64,000 nt of DNA from Octopus sinensis (GCF_006345805.1 NC_043003.1:93000001-93064000), one strand, 5' to 3'. Shown: positions 1 through 14,085, numbered from the stretch's first letter. The notes: generated by a model not told the origin, from the sequence alone. Numbers and translations are program-made.

Positions 1-1335
1 ATACATTATCTTATGTGTCTTTTTTCTTTTTTTTTTTTGACACAGTGTTGTATGACCCAAGCGAGATTCAGCTGCTGTTATTTGCAAGTCAATTGATCAC
101 ATAGAGGCTCATTCATTGTGACTGTGTTCTTTGTAGTTTGCTGTGGAGAGCCAAGAGTTTGGATAGAATATGACAGATTTGTGATCTTAGAACAGTTGAT
201 AAAACAGTTGAATGGTGATATTTATTATTACTTATACTTATTATTACACTTATACTTATACTTATTATTACAAGTATAATACTTATTATTACAAGCTGTC
301 GTTCACTTATTATACTTATTATACTTATTACTTATTATTATAAACTTGTGTTTATTATTAAAAGCTGTTATTCACTTAAAAGTTTAAAGTGAAAGATTTT
401 GTCATTCGGGTTTTCTCAAGAAAATAAAAGAATGACAGAAACTTTTAACATTTGCCAATGTAGGTCAGTACTACTATCAATGGTATTGCATAGAAGACAT
501 TTGCCAAAGGTGCCATGCAGTGGGATTGAACCCCAAACTACATGGCTTGGAAATAAGCTACTTAACCACACAACCATGCCAAGATCCAGAATAGTAATTT
601 GAAATGGTAGTAGATTTACTGAATTGTTAGAGCAATGGATAAAATGCTTTGCAGTAATTCCGAACATTCTCATTACATTCTTTATTGAGATGCCACCAAA
701 GTTGATTTTTAACTTTCATTCTTCTATGCTTGATAAATTAAGTACCAGCCAATTACTGGAGGTTGATATAATCAACAGCAAGCTGTTATATGATGCCTGC
801 ATATGGTGGTTCCAGTGGCTAAAGAACTCCTTTGGAGGCCTACAGGCAATGACGCTTTGTGTCATACGAAGGTATTGACACACTAGGGAGTTGTCAAAGA
901 GCGCCGTGTGTTTAGGAGCTTAATGCTTATCTATGTATAATGTGCAATGCATGTAAGTTAACCATGCAGAAGCCACAGTGCTTTGCTTTGCATTGCACAG
1001 GAAGCTATAATACTGATAAGGTGGCCTTGATTGCATCTGAAGAGATACTCAGCATAAGTGCCTAATGATCCAGAAATGATAATATACACACATGCACCCC
1101 CCCATCCACACACACACACACACAGAGTTAAACCTAGTTAATCTCCTTTTATCATACTTAACATTCAAACATTCCAGAATGGAGTTAATTATCTAGTTGT
1201 TCATTTAATTATTTTTTATTTCAGCCTTTTCCTTTGTACAACAGTCTACAATATAATTGGGTTTAGTGTGGTGCTATGTAGAAATATATAGATATATAAA
1301 ACAAACATATAAACACTGTTGAGCAGGTGTAAGTA

Positions 1336-1345
1336 TAATAATAAC

Positions 1346-1410
<65 letters not shown>
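1336..1410. repeat. (AAT)n microsatellite
   Basis: Direct reading of about 25 AAT units. Confidence 0.95.
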
Positions 1411-1412
<2 letters not shown>

Positions 1413-2590
1413 TGCACGTGCCTGGTGTACCCTTATCAGATGGGTAGTCATGATGGGTATATTGGGCTTCGTATATTTTACCCCAGTGTCACTTTGATGG
1501 CATGAACCGCTCTCTCACTCAATAATAATAATAATGATGAATTATTGTATACAGTGCTCAGGTGCACCACAAGCTCAGGTGCACCACAAGGAAATTATCA
1601 GGAAATTATGTGTGCTGTGCAGTTTTCATTTGTATTTAAGCTACAGTCCTTCTTGCACAATATCTCCAATAACCACCAGCAAAGTCATAATACACTTCTA
1701 CACAATTATTTGACAGCCAAAACAAAACACAAAAAAAAGGAAAAAATAAAGGATATATTGTGAGCACCCTGGATTAAAATAAATCAGAGCTGATCTAGGC
1801 AACACAGTAACAACAACAACAACAACAATGCTATCTACCTGCAATCAATAGCCTATTCAGGATGTAGAGGTTTATGAGATTGACTCTAAGAAGAAAGCCT
1901 TCAATAGAAACATTACAATTTTACTTCCTTCTATGACTTGGTATATTGCGTAGTTGTCTGAGGTGGTGAGCTGGCGGAATTGTTAGCCTGCCAGATGAAA
2001 TGCTCAGCAGCTTTTCTTCTAGCTTCACATTCTGAGTTCGAATTCTGCTAAGGTCAACTTTACTTTTCACCCTTTCAGGGTCAATAAATTAAATACCAGT
2101 TGAGCACAGGAGTTTACATAATCGACTAACACTCACCTCCAGTTGCTTGCATTGAATAGAATAAAGGGTGTGTGTTAAATGTGTCAGATTGTTTACAGAA
2201 GGATTCTGTGTTTATATCAACTGATTTATTATTTCTGAAAAGAAATCTTAATTCTGAATAAACTTCAGTTTATGATAGCTATGTAAAATAAGGTGCCAGT
2301 TACTTTCATGAGGAAATTATCTAAAACGACTACCAATAAGCATGGCTGTGTGGTTTTGGAGTCACTCCCATTGCATGGCATCTTGGTCAAGTGTTTTCTA
2401 CTACAGCGCTGAGCTGACCAATGCACTGTGAGTGAATTGATAGACAGAAACTGTGAGGAAGCTTGTCATATAAATATATATGTATATATATTAATAGTAA
2501 TGGTAAGACAAAAGAATGAAAGAGACCTCAATATTATGTAAATAGAGGAAGTTATCTGTAAATAATATATGACAATTATTCAGTTGCCAT

Positions 2591-2651
2591 AATAAGACTC
2601 TGAGTTTCAGATGTTGGGGCAAAAACCTGCTCCGGCATCTCGTCAGTAAAT
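2591..2651 (-). ncRNA. Hammerhead ribozyme-like motif (left arm, stem I degraded)
   Basis: Minus strand reads CTGACGA-GATG...CATC-T-GAAACTCAGAGTC-TTATT. Confidence 0.5.
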
Positions 2652-3433
2652 CAAGGTAGTCAAAATATGCTATGAAAATGACCATTAAACAAGGGGAAAT
2701 TACTTTGTAAATGGCCGTTATTAAGACAAAAGAGCTACTAGAATGACCGTTAAACAAGGGTAAAAAAAAACGAAGGGGAGGAAGTAAAAAGTAAAAATGC
2801 TTATAGCAATCGTGTATGCCCACATGTATGTGTATGTACATACATACACATGCGTGCACGCACACTCATGTACATGTGCCTATATGCATATGCTCGCTCA
2901 CACTTGCATGAAACACATACATGCGCACCGACACATATGCCAATAGATGCACATATATATGCAACCATGCATGTACACGTATACATATCCACACACACGA
3001 GCACCCACACATGCACATACCCATACGCACACAGTTATATTAAAATACACATATGGGTATGTGTGTATGAGTATGTGCACGTGTGTGTGTGTGGATATGT
3101 ATAAGTATATGTGTACATGCCTGGTTGCATATATATGTGCATCTATTGGCATGTGTGTGGGTGCACATGTACGTGTTTCATGTGAGTGTGAGCGAGCATA
3201 TGCATATAGGCACATGTACATGGGTGTGCATGCATGCATGTGTATGCATGTTCATGCATGCATACGCGATTGCTATGAGCATTTTTACTTCTTTACTTTT
3301 TACTTCCTCCCTTTCGGTTTTTTTCCCCTTGTTTAACGGTCATTCTAGTAGCTCTTTTGTCTTAATAACGGTCATTTACATAGTAATTTCCCTTCGTTTA
3401 ATGGTCATCTTCATAGCATATTTTGATTGCCTC

Positions 3434-3494
3434 GATAACTGACGAGATGCCGAAGCAGGTTTCCGCCTCAACGTCCGAAACTCAGAGTCTTATT
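3434..3494 (+). ncRNA. Type I hammerhead ribozyme-like motif
   Basis: GATAA-CTGACGA-GATG..CGTC-C-GAA-ACTCAGAGT-C-TTATT. It has stem I (GATAA/TTATT), the core CUGAnGA and GAAA, stem III ACT/AGT, and a GUC cleavage triplet (predicted cut after 3489). Confidence 0.7.
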
Positions 3495-3528
3495 ATGGCA
3501 ACCGAATAATTGTCACATATCTTATTAC

Positions 3529-3664
<136 letters not shown>

Positions 3665-3682
3665 CCAAACCACGAACAGATG

Positions 3683-4285
3683 GGATCTTTACCTTTTGAC
3701 CAACAGATTTTAAAAATAATTTTTTGTAACTAAGCACTTTCAAACTTCGGACACTGGTAGAATGTGTCATATAAAACATCTTTTACTCTTAGCGTTTTTG
3801 AGAAGAACTTATATTTATGAAGTTATTTCACATTAAAGTTCTCGTATTTCGGTAATTTCAACCAATCAATGACATGTATTCAGCTGAATAAAATTACTGC
3901 TATTGTTTGTCAACAAGAACTTCCGGCTGTGTATATTTCGTTTGTCACTGTTATTTATGACAACCCTAATCCTAAAACCTTAAAACCAGTACAAACTCAT
4001 GAATAATGTCATAAATAACAGTGACAAACGAAATATACACTGCCGATAGTTGTTGTTGACAAACAATAGCAGTAATTTTATTCAGCTGAATACACGTCAT
4101 TGATTGGTTGAAATTACCGAAATACGAGAACTTTAATGTGAAATAACTTCCTAAATATAAGTTTTTCTCAAAAATGCTAAGAGTAAAAGATGTTTTATAT
4201 GACACATTCTACCAGTGTCCGAAGTTTGAAAGTGCTTAGTTACAAAAAATTATTTTAAAATCTGTTGGTCAAAAGGTAAAGATCC
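3683..4285. mobile_element. Palindromic MITE with GGATCTTT termini and ~280-bp inverted arms
   Basis: ggatctttaccttttgaccaacag...ctgttggtcaaaaggtaaagatcc. Flanks aacagatg/aaaagatg form an 8-bp TSD with 1 mismatch. The central spacer is CCCTAA-like. Confidence 0.85.
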
Positions 4286-6189
4286 AAAAGATGTTTCTAA
4301 AAGTGATGGGTGCAATGCTGTTTTCTGATTTTGTAAGCATGTCCACGCATGTCCATGACATGGAATTCATAAAGGTGCCCAAGGTTGTTGCAGAAGTCTG
4401 AAGAACAGTGCTTAGTTTTGCTTTTATGACAAGAAAATCATTTTCCCTAGATAGAACACAACTTTATTATCTATAACATTCTCAAATGGCCTAATACCCA
4501 TTTCTAACTGCTAGGTGAACTAATAATACCTGATGCGCTTTAACATTTTACTTCTACTTAAATTATGAAATAATGGATGGGTTTATTTTGTTAAATTCTT
4601 CCCTTTCTGAGATGCTTGCTATGATTTTTATTTTTTCCCAAGATCTACTGAACTGAAAGATAACTAATTTTCTATAAGATGCTCAATCTTTAAATATGAA
4701 ACTTAACTGATACATATGAGGTTTCTTAACCTAGAAGTAGCAGCCAAATTTCCTTTAAATTATACACCTACTGTCCTGAAAAGGGTGGGCCACACTATAT
4801 GATGTACTAAATACATAACACCTGAGAGAAGGACATAGGTGATAAGGGTAGAAAAGTAAATATTCCTTTGATTATAGATCTGTTCAGTCGGGGCTGACAT
4901 GGTGCTAAGGAACAACAGCAGCTAGTACTTATTCTATCAAACTGAAAGAATAAAAAGCAAAGTCTACTTTGGTATAATTTGAGCTAGAGATCAACTTTTC
5001 AAGGTATTCTGACATTTTTATTAAATATTGCTAATTTAAACTCTTGTATTATTGGCTAAAAGGAGACACTTGGAGATGTTGTAATCTTTTATAAAGCATT
5101 AACAGTTGACATAATGTGAATTAGTTTTATTTGAAAATTAAAACCATACCATCATATTAGTTTGGTGTTAGCTATGCAGTTCACTTTCACTCTCTTGAAT
5201 ATATTAGAACTTTGAAGAATGGCGAGTTGACAGAAATTGTTCAGCAATTGATTGTATACCTTACTGCAGTGCTTCTCAGACTATTTGATGTGGCATACGG
5301 GCAGTTTTTGTTTTTTTTCCAGTGTACACAGGACTAGTAATATTTCTGAATAATATTAATTTATACCAGAAACAATATATAAAATAAATATAATAAAAGT
5401 TATAAAATGAATATAATATAAGTTGACAATTTTTTTAATCTTATATTTATTTTGTAAACAAATAATACAATATTACATAAGCGTTTTATAAGCATTTTAT
5501 AATGTTTTTTTTTCTTTTCTGGAAACTTACCATATACTGGCAGCTGATGATTCATGGACTGCCTAGTTTGCATTCAAATCTACTTTATACATACTACCTC
5601 CTCTGGTGGGAAAAAAATTCTTATATGTTCCATCAGGTTCACTACATCACATACAAAGCCGTAAGATAATATGACAGAGTAGCTTCCTTTATCTCAATGC
5701 AATGATCCCCATCATGAACAATAGATCTATCCTCATAATTCTTTCAGCATCTTTCAGATGCTGAAGACAATCTTTTAATGACTATTTACCTCAGCACCAT
5801 TAATTCTTCCTTTCCTCCCTATTGTACAACTTCTGAAAAGTCAAATCTACTGAAGACCTGTCCTCTCATATTAATCATTTATGGACCCTCGCCCAAGTGA
5901 AATTTGGTGGAAACAGTATTGTTGCACCTAGTGCTATCAAAACACCATTAAAAGTCATCAGGCACAGCAATGCATTGGCATCCCTGTTTACACAACCATA
6001 GCATATATTGATCTGCACTGGGTACTCTAGATCCATGTGGCCTATTGACACAATAACCAAATGTTTTCTCTTCAGCAAGAAACCTGTTCCTCTCTCTATC
6101 ATATTTTAACCCTTTCAACATCTGGCATAAAGTCACTTCACCCAATAAATATTACATCATAATTCATTTGAGGAGTCTTCTCCTGCAAG

Positions 6190-6395
6190 TTATTTGGCAA
6201 CCTCACTAGTGCTGGTGCCATGAGAAAAAGATACCCCATACTTCCTGTAAGGTAGATAACATTAAGAAGAGCATCCAGCAGTAAAGGCACTGCTACAGCA
6301 GGGCACTTGTTGGTCCCCGTTGAGCCACCCAACCTATGCCAACCTGGAAAACTCAACATTAAATGATAATGATGATGATGACAATGATGACAATA
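6190..6395 (+). mobile_element. Degraded SINE/LINE 3' tail ending in (GAT)n
   Basis: Similar to the 3' end of 23140-23690 (ccatgc..ggaaaa..cattaaatgatgat). Confidence 0.5.
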
Positions 6396-7249
6396 GGTCT
6401 TCTATAGTTACCACAATAACATTCAGGCCAAATGATAACTATCTATTACAGTCACACAGCTTTACATTCCTGATGCTGAAAGAAAATGTAACCTATCCAA
6501 ACTAGATCATATTAGATTACACTTGATGGTTTGAGCAACAAGGTAATATTCTTCACATTCCATGTTTCTAATTTACGGTAATTAAATTCTAGTGATTGTA
6601 TTTCACTATCAGTTAACTCGATATCAAATTTGCACTAGAATGAACAAGAAGAAGCTGATGATATTTCTGTGTTGTTCAGCTCCAAACTAACCTTGATCAA
6701 GCAGAACGTATGACTAAAAGTGATCCTCCATTCATTGTTTTTCAGGTATGTAATGTGTAATTTGAAGGAGATTTGGCTGCTATCTCTCACAGACCACATA
6801 GATGAACCATTGTTTGTTTACATTAAATGTTTCTCTCTATGGTTGCCTCATCTTAACTATGGGGCAATCTTCCTATGATAACATAACACACAATCTTTCT
6901 TAAAACAATACAAAATATAAGGAAAGTTTAGTTACTATTTCAAATAATTTGAATGATTATACTGAGGTTCCCTTGTTGAAAGAAATGGTAGAGGACTAGA
7001 TTTCAATGTCCAACAATATTTAGTTTTTAGCTTACCTGAAGGAGATGACAGAAGACTAAGATATGTGTAGTGATAAGGGCCACGTCCGCTCTCAATGCAA
7101 AACAAAAAAAAGGAGTGAAGCTCCTCCTCAAAAATAACCACAAGGAAAGAGAGAAAAGAGAAACAAATAGCAAAGATAGAAAAAGCAATAGAAGAAATGA
7201 AGACAAGAAGAGAAACAAAAAATATAAAAAAGAACACAAGAAAAGACAC

Positions 7250-9420
7250 AAAAAACACAAGGAGGAGTACAAGAAAAATAGAAGACACAACTCCTGTATC
7301 AGAAGAAGAAATGGATTTTACTGTGGTTACATCCCACAAAAGGAAAAAGGCCCAAGCCCCGGACTCCCCACCCCATACAAAGAAAACAAGCAAGCATACT
7401 ACAGACACACGAAAAAAAACCCACACCTTGTTAAAACCCTTTCCCAAACCCCACTGCAAGACGCAAGAAAAAAATTATATCTTTCAATGAAAGAAATGAC
7501 GTGTTATCAACAATAATCAGAGCTCACTTCAAAGCTCGGGTGTACAAAGCAACAATGGACATGCCATCTCACATCCACATTGCGAGGATGGAGGTGGGGC
7601 TATTCAATGAACTAAGAGGAAGATATCCAGATGATATAAAAAATGTCAGCCAGGAGATGGCCAGGAAAACCTTTATGGTCAGTCCAGTGGCTACATCACA
7701 GCTGGGCTAGGCTTGGACTTTTGTGGTTGGATCACTGCCATTTATGGCAGCATCAAATCCACGGTTCAGATAAACGGTTACCTGTCGGTGCTATTTAAGA
7801 TCAAGGGTGCCCCCTGTTTCTCTCCGCTTCTATATGTACAGACTCTTGAGCCATTGCTGTGGAGGTTGGAGAGTTTGGGGGGCATTCCCATTGAATTGGG
7901 ATGTGGTAAGTCTGTTTTTGCTTATGTGGATGACGTCACCATCATCATGTCCAATGAAGCTCAGCTACTTTGTGTTGAGGATGCAATCTAAGGATACGAG
8001 GCGGTGACAGGGACAAAAATTAACAAGGACAAGTCCATCGGCTTGCAGCTCAGCACCTGGAGTAGCAAGACGATAATGTCCAGTGTTGTGGGGCACTGGA
8101 TAGATGGTCCTGTTAAATTACTTGGAATTTGGTTTGGACTGGATTCCTAGACAGAGAAGAATTTGAGTGAGGTGACAGATGCGGAGGAGGCTCTAATCTG
8201 GACCTGGTCTGGAAGGGCGCTATCCCTGAAAGAGAGGGTGGAGGTGTTGCAGGTGTATATGGCATCTGGTATCACCTACCATCTGACTGTTGTCCCTTGC
8301 TCTGATTTGTGGGTAAGCAAGTTGGCACGCCTTCTCTTCCACTTTTTGTGGAGGGGAGGAAAACCACTTGTGAGGCGCTCTATTTGCTGCCAAGAACCGC
8401 TAAAGGGTGGGTGAAGGATGCCATGACCAATGATGTTCAGGCATGTGCTGAGGATACGGCATCTCTGACTCTATCTGGATGGTGACCAGGTGTGGAATTC
8501 GCTGGCAGAGGAATTCTTTCCATGATTGGCTGCCTTGGATAAACTCAAACCCGACTTCATTAAAAAACATAACACAACTGAATGGCAAAAGGAGTGCCAA
8601 CAGGCACTCATGCTAATCCATAAGGTGGGCAAGGCTGGCAGTGAGAATACCTATTTCTTTATTACCCACAAGGGGCTAAACACAGAGGGGACAAACAAGG
8701 ACAGACATAGGTATTAAGTCGATTACATCGACCCCAATGCGTAACTGGTACTTAATTTATCGACCCCGAAAGGATGAAAGGCAAAGTCGACCTCGGCGGA
8801 ATTTGAACTCACAACGTAACGCAGATGAAATACCGCTAAGCATTTCGCCCGGCGTGCTAACGTTTCTGCCAGCTCGCCGCCTTTTGCAGTGAGAATACCA
8901 CCTCGGTATTCTATAAAGGGCTGGTAGAGTTTAAGAGCGATGACATTCTAAGAGAAACTCTGGGGCTCGATGAGAACCAGCTAGCCAACCTGTTTCAAAG
9001 AACTTTCAGGCTGGGGTACTTGGATAACTACCAGAAATCCCTGACATGGCAGTGCTATAGGAGTGTGTTACCTGTTTGCAACAAATTGTCTTGGCATGGA
9101 ATGTCTGTGCCACTGGCATGCCCAAGGTGCGGGCAGGGCGATGAAACCGATCTGCACGTTCTCATACAGTGCCTGGAGCTTTTGGGCTTGATAATTTACG
9201 TAAAACACGTGTTGTTGCATCTAGGAAGAGTACAGCTATCTGCTGAGTCCATGATCAAGGCTGTACTGCCACCCAGACTATCAAAGGAAGGTGAGACATG
9301 TTTTTTATGTACAGTTGTAGTGTAGAAAGAGTGTGTATGGAGAACTAGAATGAAAGAAGTCACAATAGGAACTTTCATCTCTGGCCCTGGTTTGTTATAT
9401 TACTTCAGATATCATCTGAA
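7250..9420 (+). mobile_element. Decayed L1/Tx1-clade non-LTR retrotransposon (ORF1 remnant, RT, zf-RVT)
   Basis: Translated motifs WITAIYGSIKSTVQING, SPLLY..LEPL, AYVDDVTI, LSLKERV and CPRCGQGDETDLHVLIQC. It has many stops and frameshifts, and the endonuclease is deleted. Confidence 0.85.
8652..8885 (-). mobile_element. tRNA-derived SINE family B inserted in the LINE
   Basis: 14-bp TSD GCAGTGAGAATACC at 8638-8651 and 8886-8899. Body motif CTTTCATCCTTTCGGGGTCGATAAATTAAGTACCAG. Confidence 0.92.
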
Positions 9421-9429
9421 GAGCATGAG

Positions 9430-9830
9430 TTAGACAGTTTGAGCAGGGCTGGTAAGCTGAGGGGCTACACCAGACTCCAATCTGATTTGGCATGGTTTCT
9501 ACAGCTGGATGCCTGTCCTAATGTCCACCACTCTGAGAGTGTAATGGGTGCCTTTATATGCCACCAGCACGAATGCCAGTTATGTAACACCAGTATCTTC
9601 CACGACTATGATTTCTGAGTCTCAGTCATTTTCCATCGTCTCTGTAAGGCCAAATGCTCAAAAGGTGCTTTTTACATATCACTGGCATGGGTGCTAGTTA
9701 TGTGACACTGGCATAGGCCACATTGTGTCCAGGAGGCCCCAACACTCGATTGGTACTCTTTATGTGTTATCTGCACAGTTATGTGACATTAGTTATGTCA
9801 CACCAGAATCGGCCATGACTACAATTTCAC
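9430..9830 (-). mobile_element. Degraded copy of the internally repetitive SINE-like family seen at 23140-23690
   Basis: Reverse-complement similarity (gcatccagctgtagaaa, cactctcagagtggt, gtgctggtggc). Confidence 0.55.
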
Positions 9831-10987
9831 TAGGCTTTATATCAACAGAAACTGAAACAGCTGGAAATTTTCAGGAAATGATATTGTAGCTTTCCATATC
9901 AAATAATAACAATTTTCCTTTTGATATTTATTTGGTGCATACCATTGTTATAATTGCGTTTCCTTCCTTTTTTTTTCTTGGATTTTTCAGAAAATGAAAC
10001 TAGTGATGATTTTCAAATATAAACAAAATACATTTCAAATGCAAATGAAAATATATATTTAGTTATAAAAATAAATAAATAAATAAAGGTATAGCAGCTC
10101 TAATCCCCACATCATGTGTCTGGTTTAAAAAATTAAAACAGTAAATTATTAACAATAAAATCATTGATCTCAGATCTTGTCTGTTTTCAGATTCAGAATC
10201 TGGTGCACAAAAGAAAATCTGAAGCTCTCTTATATTTTCATTTCATCTAGTTTCAGCTCACGAGCTGTGGCCATGCTGGGGCACCGCCATTTGTTTTCTT
10301 AAAAACAAAACGATGCATTAGTGTGCGCGTGTGCCTACATTAAAATGCTTTAGTACCAATTCCTCAATCATAGAAATCCAGAAGTTTCAGTACACCAATG
10401 GAAAAGTGGTTAACGCCTGCCAAAAGACTACATTCTGAGACTTGTTACTATCACCATTGCCTTCCCTATGAATGACTGATGTAGCAGTCCACTATGACAG
10501 AAATGATACTAGTAACATTTGTTAACAACAAAACTGTTGTTAATTTGAGATCAGAAATGAGACCCTCTAAAAATAAAAGACCCATGTACTTTCTTGGGGT
10601 AAACATGCAGTTAAGGGGTTATAAAAAATGAAAATAAATTGATCGGAAGTGACGAGAGTGAAACCCGTAATTTCACAAAGAGAAGTGGTAAAATCCCTTC
10701 TTATTAACAGAATTCACTCATTATACTGCATCTAGAGGCACCTTCTTGTATAGTATCTTCTAGTGATATCTTAAGCATTTCAGAAATAGCAGCTGGAGTA
10801 TTCTATTCCAATGTGAGGAATTTTGTCTTATATAAATTATATAGATGTTCCATATATTAGTTGTTACGCAGAATTAATGGGTTAGGGTCAGGGTTTTGTG
10901 AATGAATTTAATTAGATCCAAAACGGGTGCTGGTGTGTTTATGGTCCCGTAACTTAGCGGTTCAGCAAAAGATTCCGATAGAATAAG

Positions 10988-11189
10988 GGTACTATTTAAG
11001 AAGAGTGGTCCTGGTGCACGCACTCACGTACTCGCGCATCCGCGCTAGCTAGTCGTGACTAGCTAGCGCGGATGTATTTTATTTGTGTTTTTGTGTTTTA
11101 TTTACTTTGCTAGGTAGTCGTTGTAGGATCGTCTTGTCACGACTAGCTAGCGCAGATCGCGAGTGTGCGCACTCTTCTTAAATAGTACC
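10988..11189. mobile_element. Mutator-like MITE inserted in a SINE
   Basis: TIR GGTACTATTTAAGAAGAGTG/CACTCTTCTTAAATAGTACC. Perfect 9-bp TSD TAGAATAAG at 10979-10987 and 11190-11198. Confidence 0.9.
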
Positions 11190-13529
11190 TAGAATAAGTA
11201 CCAGGTTTTATAAAATAGGTACAGGGTCGATGCAGTCGACTAAAGTTCGTCAAAGCGGTGCCCCAATATGGCTGCAGTCTACTGAGTGGAATATTAATTG
11301 GACAGCTATTTAACGCGTGTATTTTAATTTACTTCGCCATATGGCAGTGGGTACAAAATTTGGTTTACATAAGCAGTCGTCTGTTTCCCTCGGTAAATCT
11401 TGCACCATGAACGAACTGGTTTAACTGTCAAAACCACTTTACATTAGTGAAATTTGAACTTGTATAATTAAACTTGTATACCGGAAGACTGAATTTTTTT
11501 CTTTGCAGCCAACTTGACATTTAGGGCGCAGTTTGTTGTTGCAACTAATTATTCTTGTATTTGGACTCATAAAATAAATTTAAAAAAAAATAGTAAGAAT
11601 TTCTTTTGGAGCCTCTATGCAGTTGTTTGGCTTGCTAGAAGTAGCAGCCAAATGTCTCTATAACCACACCCTTTAATCTTAACATAAACAATCTGATACA
11701 ATCCCACCTCATTTTAACACAAAAGTCGACAACAGTAGCTGCACAAAAGATATTCATTGCACCAAAAAACATACCCCATGATAAAGACAAGGATTGCAGC
11801 AGTGCATAAAAAAATTTTGTTTTTCTCCGTCGCCACCTGATAAAAATGATAACAATTATAGACTTTAAACGCAAATATGTCCTTTTGGGAGGCTTGTAGC
11901 TGTTATTGTTTGAACCAGTTCAATTTCTCAGACATTTTTTATAATGAGCACTTGCAACAATCCTTTTTACATTGGCATATATCAGATCGTTAACTAAACA
12001 ATCCAGATGCAGTGGCCGTCTTTATTGTGCATAGGGAAATATCTGCAAACTTCGGCAATGTTTTTTAAGGCGCAATTTGTTGTTGCTAATTATTCTTTTG
12101 TTTTACTAATTATACTTTAGTTTATTGTTTATAATTTCCATGCATAAGTGGTATATAATCGGTTTCGTTTTTATCTACTTAGTCACATTTTAAAGTCTAT
12201 TTTTGTGAAAGTTGCTAACAAGCTGTTTATCACAATACAAGCTCACAGCTACAATGCTGAAAAAATAGGACAGTTTAACAATCAGACTGAGGGAATCTAG
12301 TTTCCAAACCAAAGTCCTAAACATATAATTGGGTCAGAGTGTGTGTTCGTGGGCAAACTGCATACGATCTCATGAAACGACTCTCAATTTCTAGTAGAAA
12401 GAAAACTAGAACTCTGAAGGCAATTGCTTTAGTAGGTGAGAACAATTCCAACTGGATCGAATCAAGGATGAATGAAACTGAATTTCTGAAGGCATAATTT
12501 AATCCTACATTCAACTAGATCCTTAGGCCGAACTGGTTACGACACTCAAGATACCTTAACCATCCAGGAGGGTTTCAATGCATACAGAAACACATGATGT
12601 GGCAGAAGTGGGGTGTCCAGAAGTCATGACTTGGACGCAGGTCAGTCCCCTTACAGTGTAAGGAGTTAAGAACCGAAACTCTTGCACGAGTGTGGGGTAC
12701 TTCTTCACTGAAAAACCTGCTGCTCAGCTCGGCCTAGACTTTCTTACAGCAGAATTACAGAAGAAGCTATACCGATGTCTACCACTTTCTATCGCCCCCT
12801 TTGCAACAGGGGCCGTTAACATACACAACTGCCCCCTCCCCTATTCTGGTTCGGTAACGCCCACTTTTAAAGGATTGCTTTAATCCCCAGCTCAATTCTA
12901 ATCGAGCAAATCTATGTTCAGGCATACTAGCCATGACCATTCACCTTTTATGAGCTATTGTATACCCCAGAACAGAAATACATTATCTAACGTGTCGTTC
13001 CTTTTTTCTTTTCAAAAAGCAGTAGGATGTTATTCGAGAGAGTCACAGCTGTACTTTCAAGCAGGTCAATTGACTATATATAGGACCGCTTGTTTGTTAT
13101 TCCAACGGGCGTTATCTGCTTCGCTCAAGTGTTTACACTGAAGTTTTAACTGTTATTTGCTAAATATGGGACATCATTAAAACGACATAACGATATATAA
13201 ATTTTATATATATTTTTTTGTTGCTAAATACAACATTAACACAATTTTTTTCTTTGTTTATTCATGTCAATCAAATTAAATCAGGTATATTTTTCATATA
13301 GTCATATCACATTTTTTAAAAGTTTTTTTTTCTATTTAAATCTTTGATTTCTAGGTTGACCCAGAAACTAAGCAACACCAATTCCCTAGACAAAGGACGG
13401 CCAATGAGGAGCTAGTTATTTCAAATTCACTGCCTTGACATACTTTAAGCTTGCGATGTAAACAACATAATACGTAAGAGGCAATTCTATACAATAATAC
13501 CGGAAAGCATCTACTTTGCATATATATAT

Positions 13530-14085
13530 TCTTTTATTTGTTCCAGTCATTTGACTGCGGCCATGCTGGAGCATCTGGGGCACCGCTTTTAGTCGAACAA
13601 ATCTACCCCAGGACTTATGCTTTGTAAGCTTAGTACTTATTCTAACGGTCTCTTTTTGTCGAACCGCTAATTTACGGGGACGTAAACACACCAGCGTGGA
13701 GGCACAATGGCCCAGTGGTTAGGGCAGCGGACTCGTGGTCAGAGGATCGCGGTTTCGATTCCCAGACCGGGCGTTGTGTGTGTTTATTGAGCGAAAACAC
13801 CTAAAGCTCCAACGAGGCTCCGGCAGCGGGTGGTGGCGACCCCTGTTGTACTCTATCATCCCAACTTTCTCTCACTCTTTCTTCCTATTTCTTGGGTAAA
13901 CGCTACGATGGACTGGCGTCCCGTCCAGCTGGAGGGGACATATACACCACATAAATCGGGATACCGGGCGCATGAGCCTGGCTAGGCTTGAAAAGGGCGC
14001 ATAAATAAATAAAAAATAAAAACACACCAGCATCGGTTGTCAAGCGATGGTGGGGAGACAAACACAGACGCACAAACACATTCTT
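13530..14085 (-). mobile_element. SINE family A 3' half, interrupted by SINE family C
   Basis: Reverse complement of tgcttgacaaccgatgctggtgtgtttacgtcccc...ccagcatggccgcagtcaaatgactg. Confidence 0.8.
13696..14019 (+). mobile_element. tRNA-derived SINE family C, full length
   Basis: A-box TGGCCCAGTGG, B-box-like GGTTTCGATTCC, A-rich tail, and 12-bp TSD AAACACACCAGC (13684-13695, 14020-14031). Confidence 0.88.

Larger units (their letters stand above)
2560..3522. mobile_element. ~960-bp palindromic (head-to-head) element, Penelope-like pseudo-LTR derivative
   Basis: 2560-~3010 is the reverse complement of ~3070-3522 (e.g. aataagactctgagtttc vs gaaactcagagtcttatt). A hammerhead motif lies near each outer end, and TA-rich tracts flank it. 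Confidence 0.8.

Noticed and set aside
5600-6140. Possible Gypsy pol remnant on the minus strand (DLEYPVQI...NRDANAL)
   Set aside because: Only faint resemblance to the RNase H end motif, too degraded to call.
6935-7516. Lys-rich 148-aa and hydrophobic 174-aa ORFs
   Set aside because: A-rich low-complexity sequence at the 5' part of the decayed LINE. Only the MDFTVVTSHKRKK frame looks like an ORF1 remnant.
10180-10250. Possible terminal exon after ttgtctgttttcag (also ctag|GTTGAC at ~13355)
   Set aside because: Acceptor-like sites only. There is no recognisable protein, and this cannot be supported without transcripts.
13699-13770. tRNA-like sequence as a real tRNA gene
   Set aside because: No proper acceptor stem. 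It continues into a SINE body with an A-tail and TSD.
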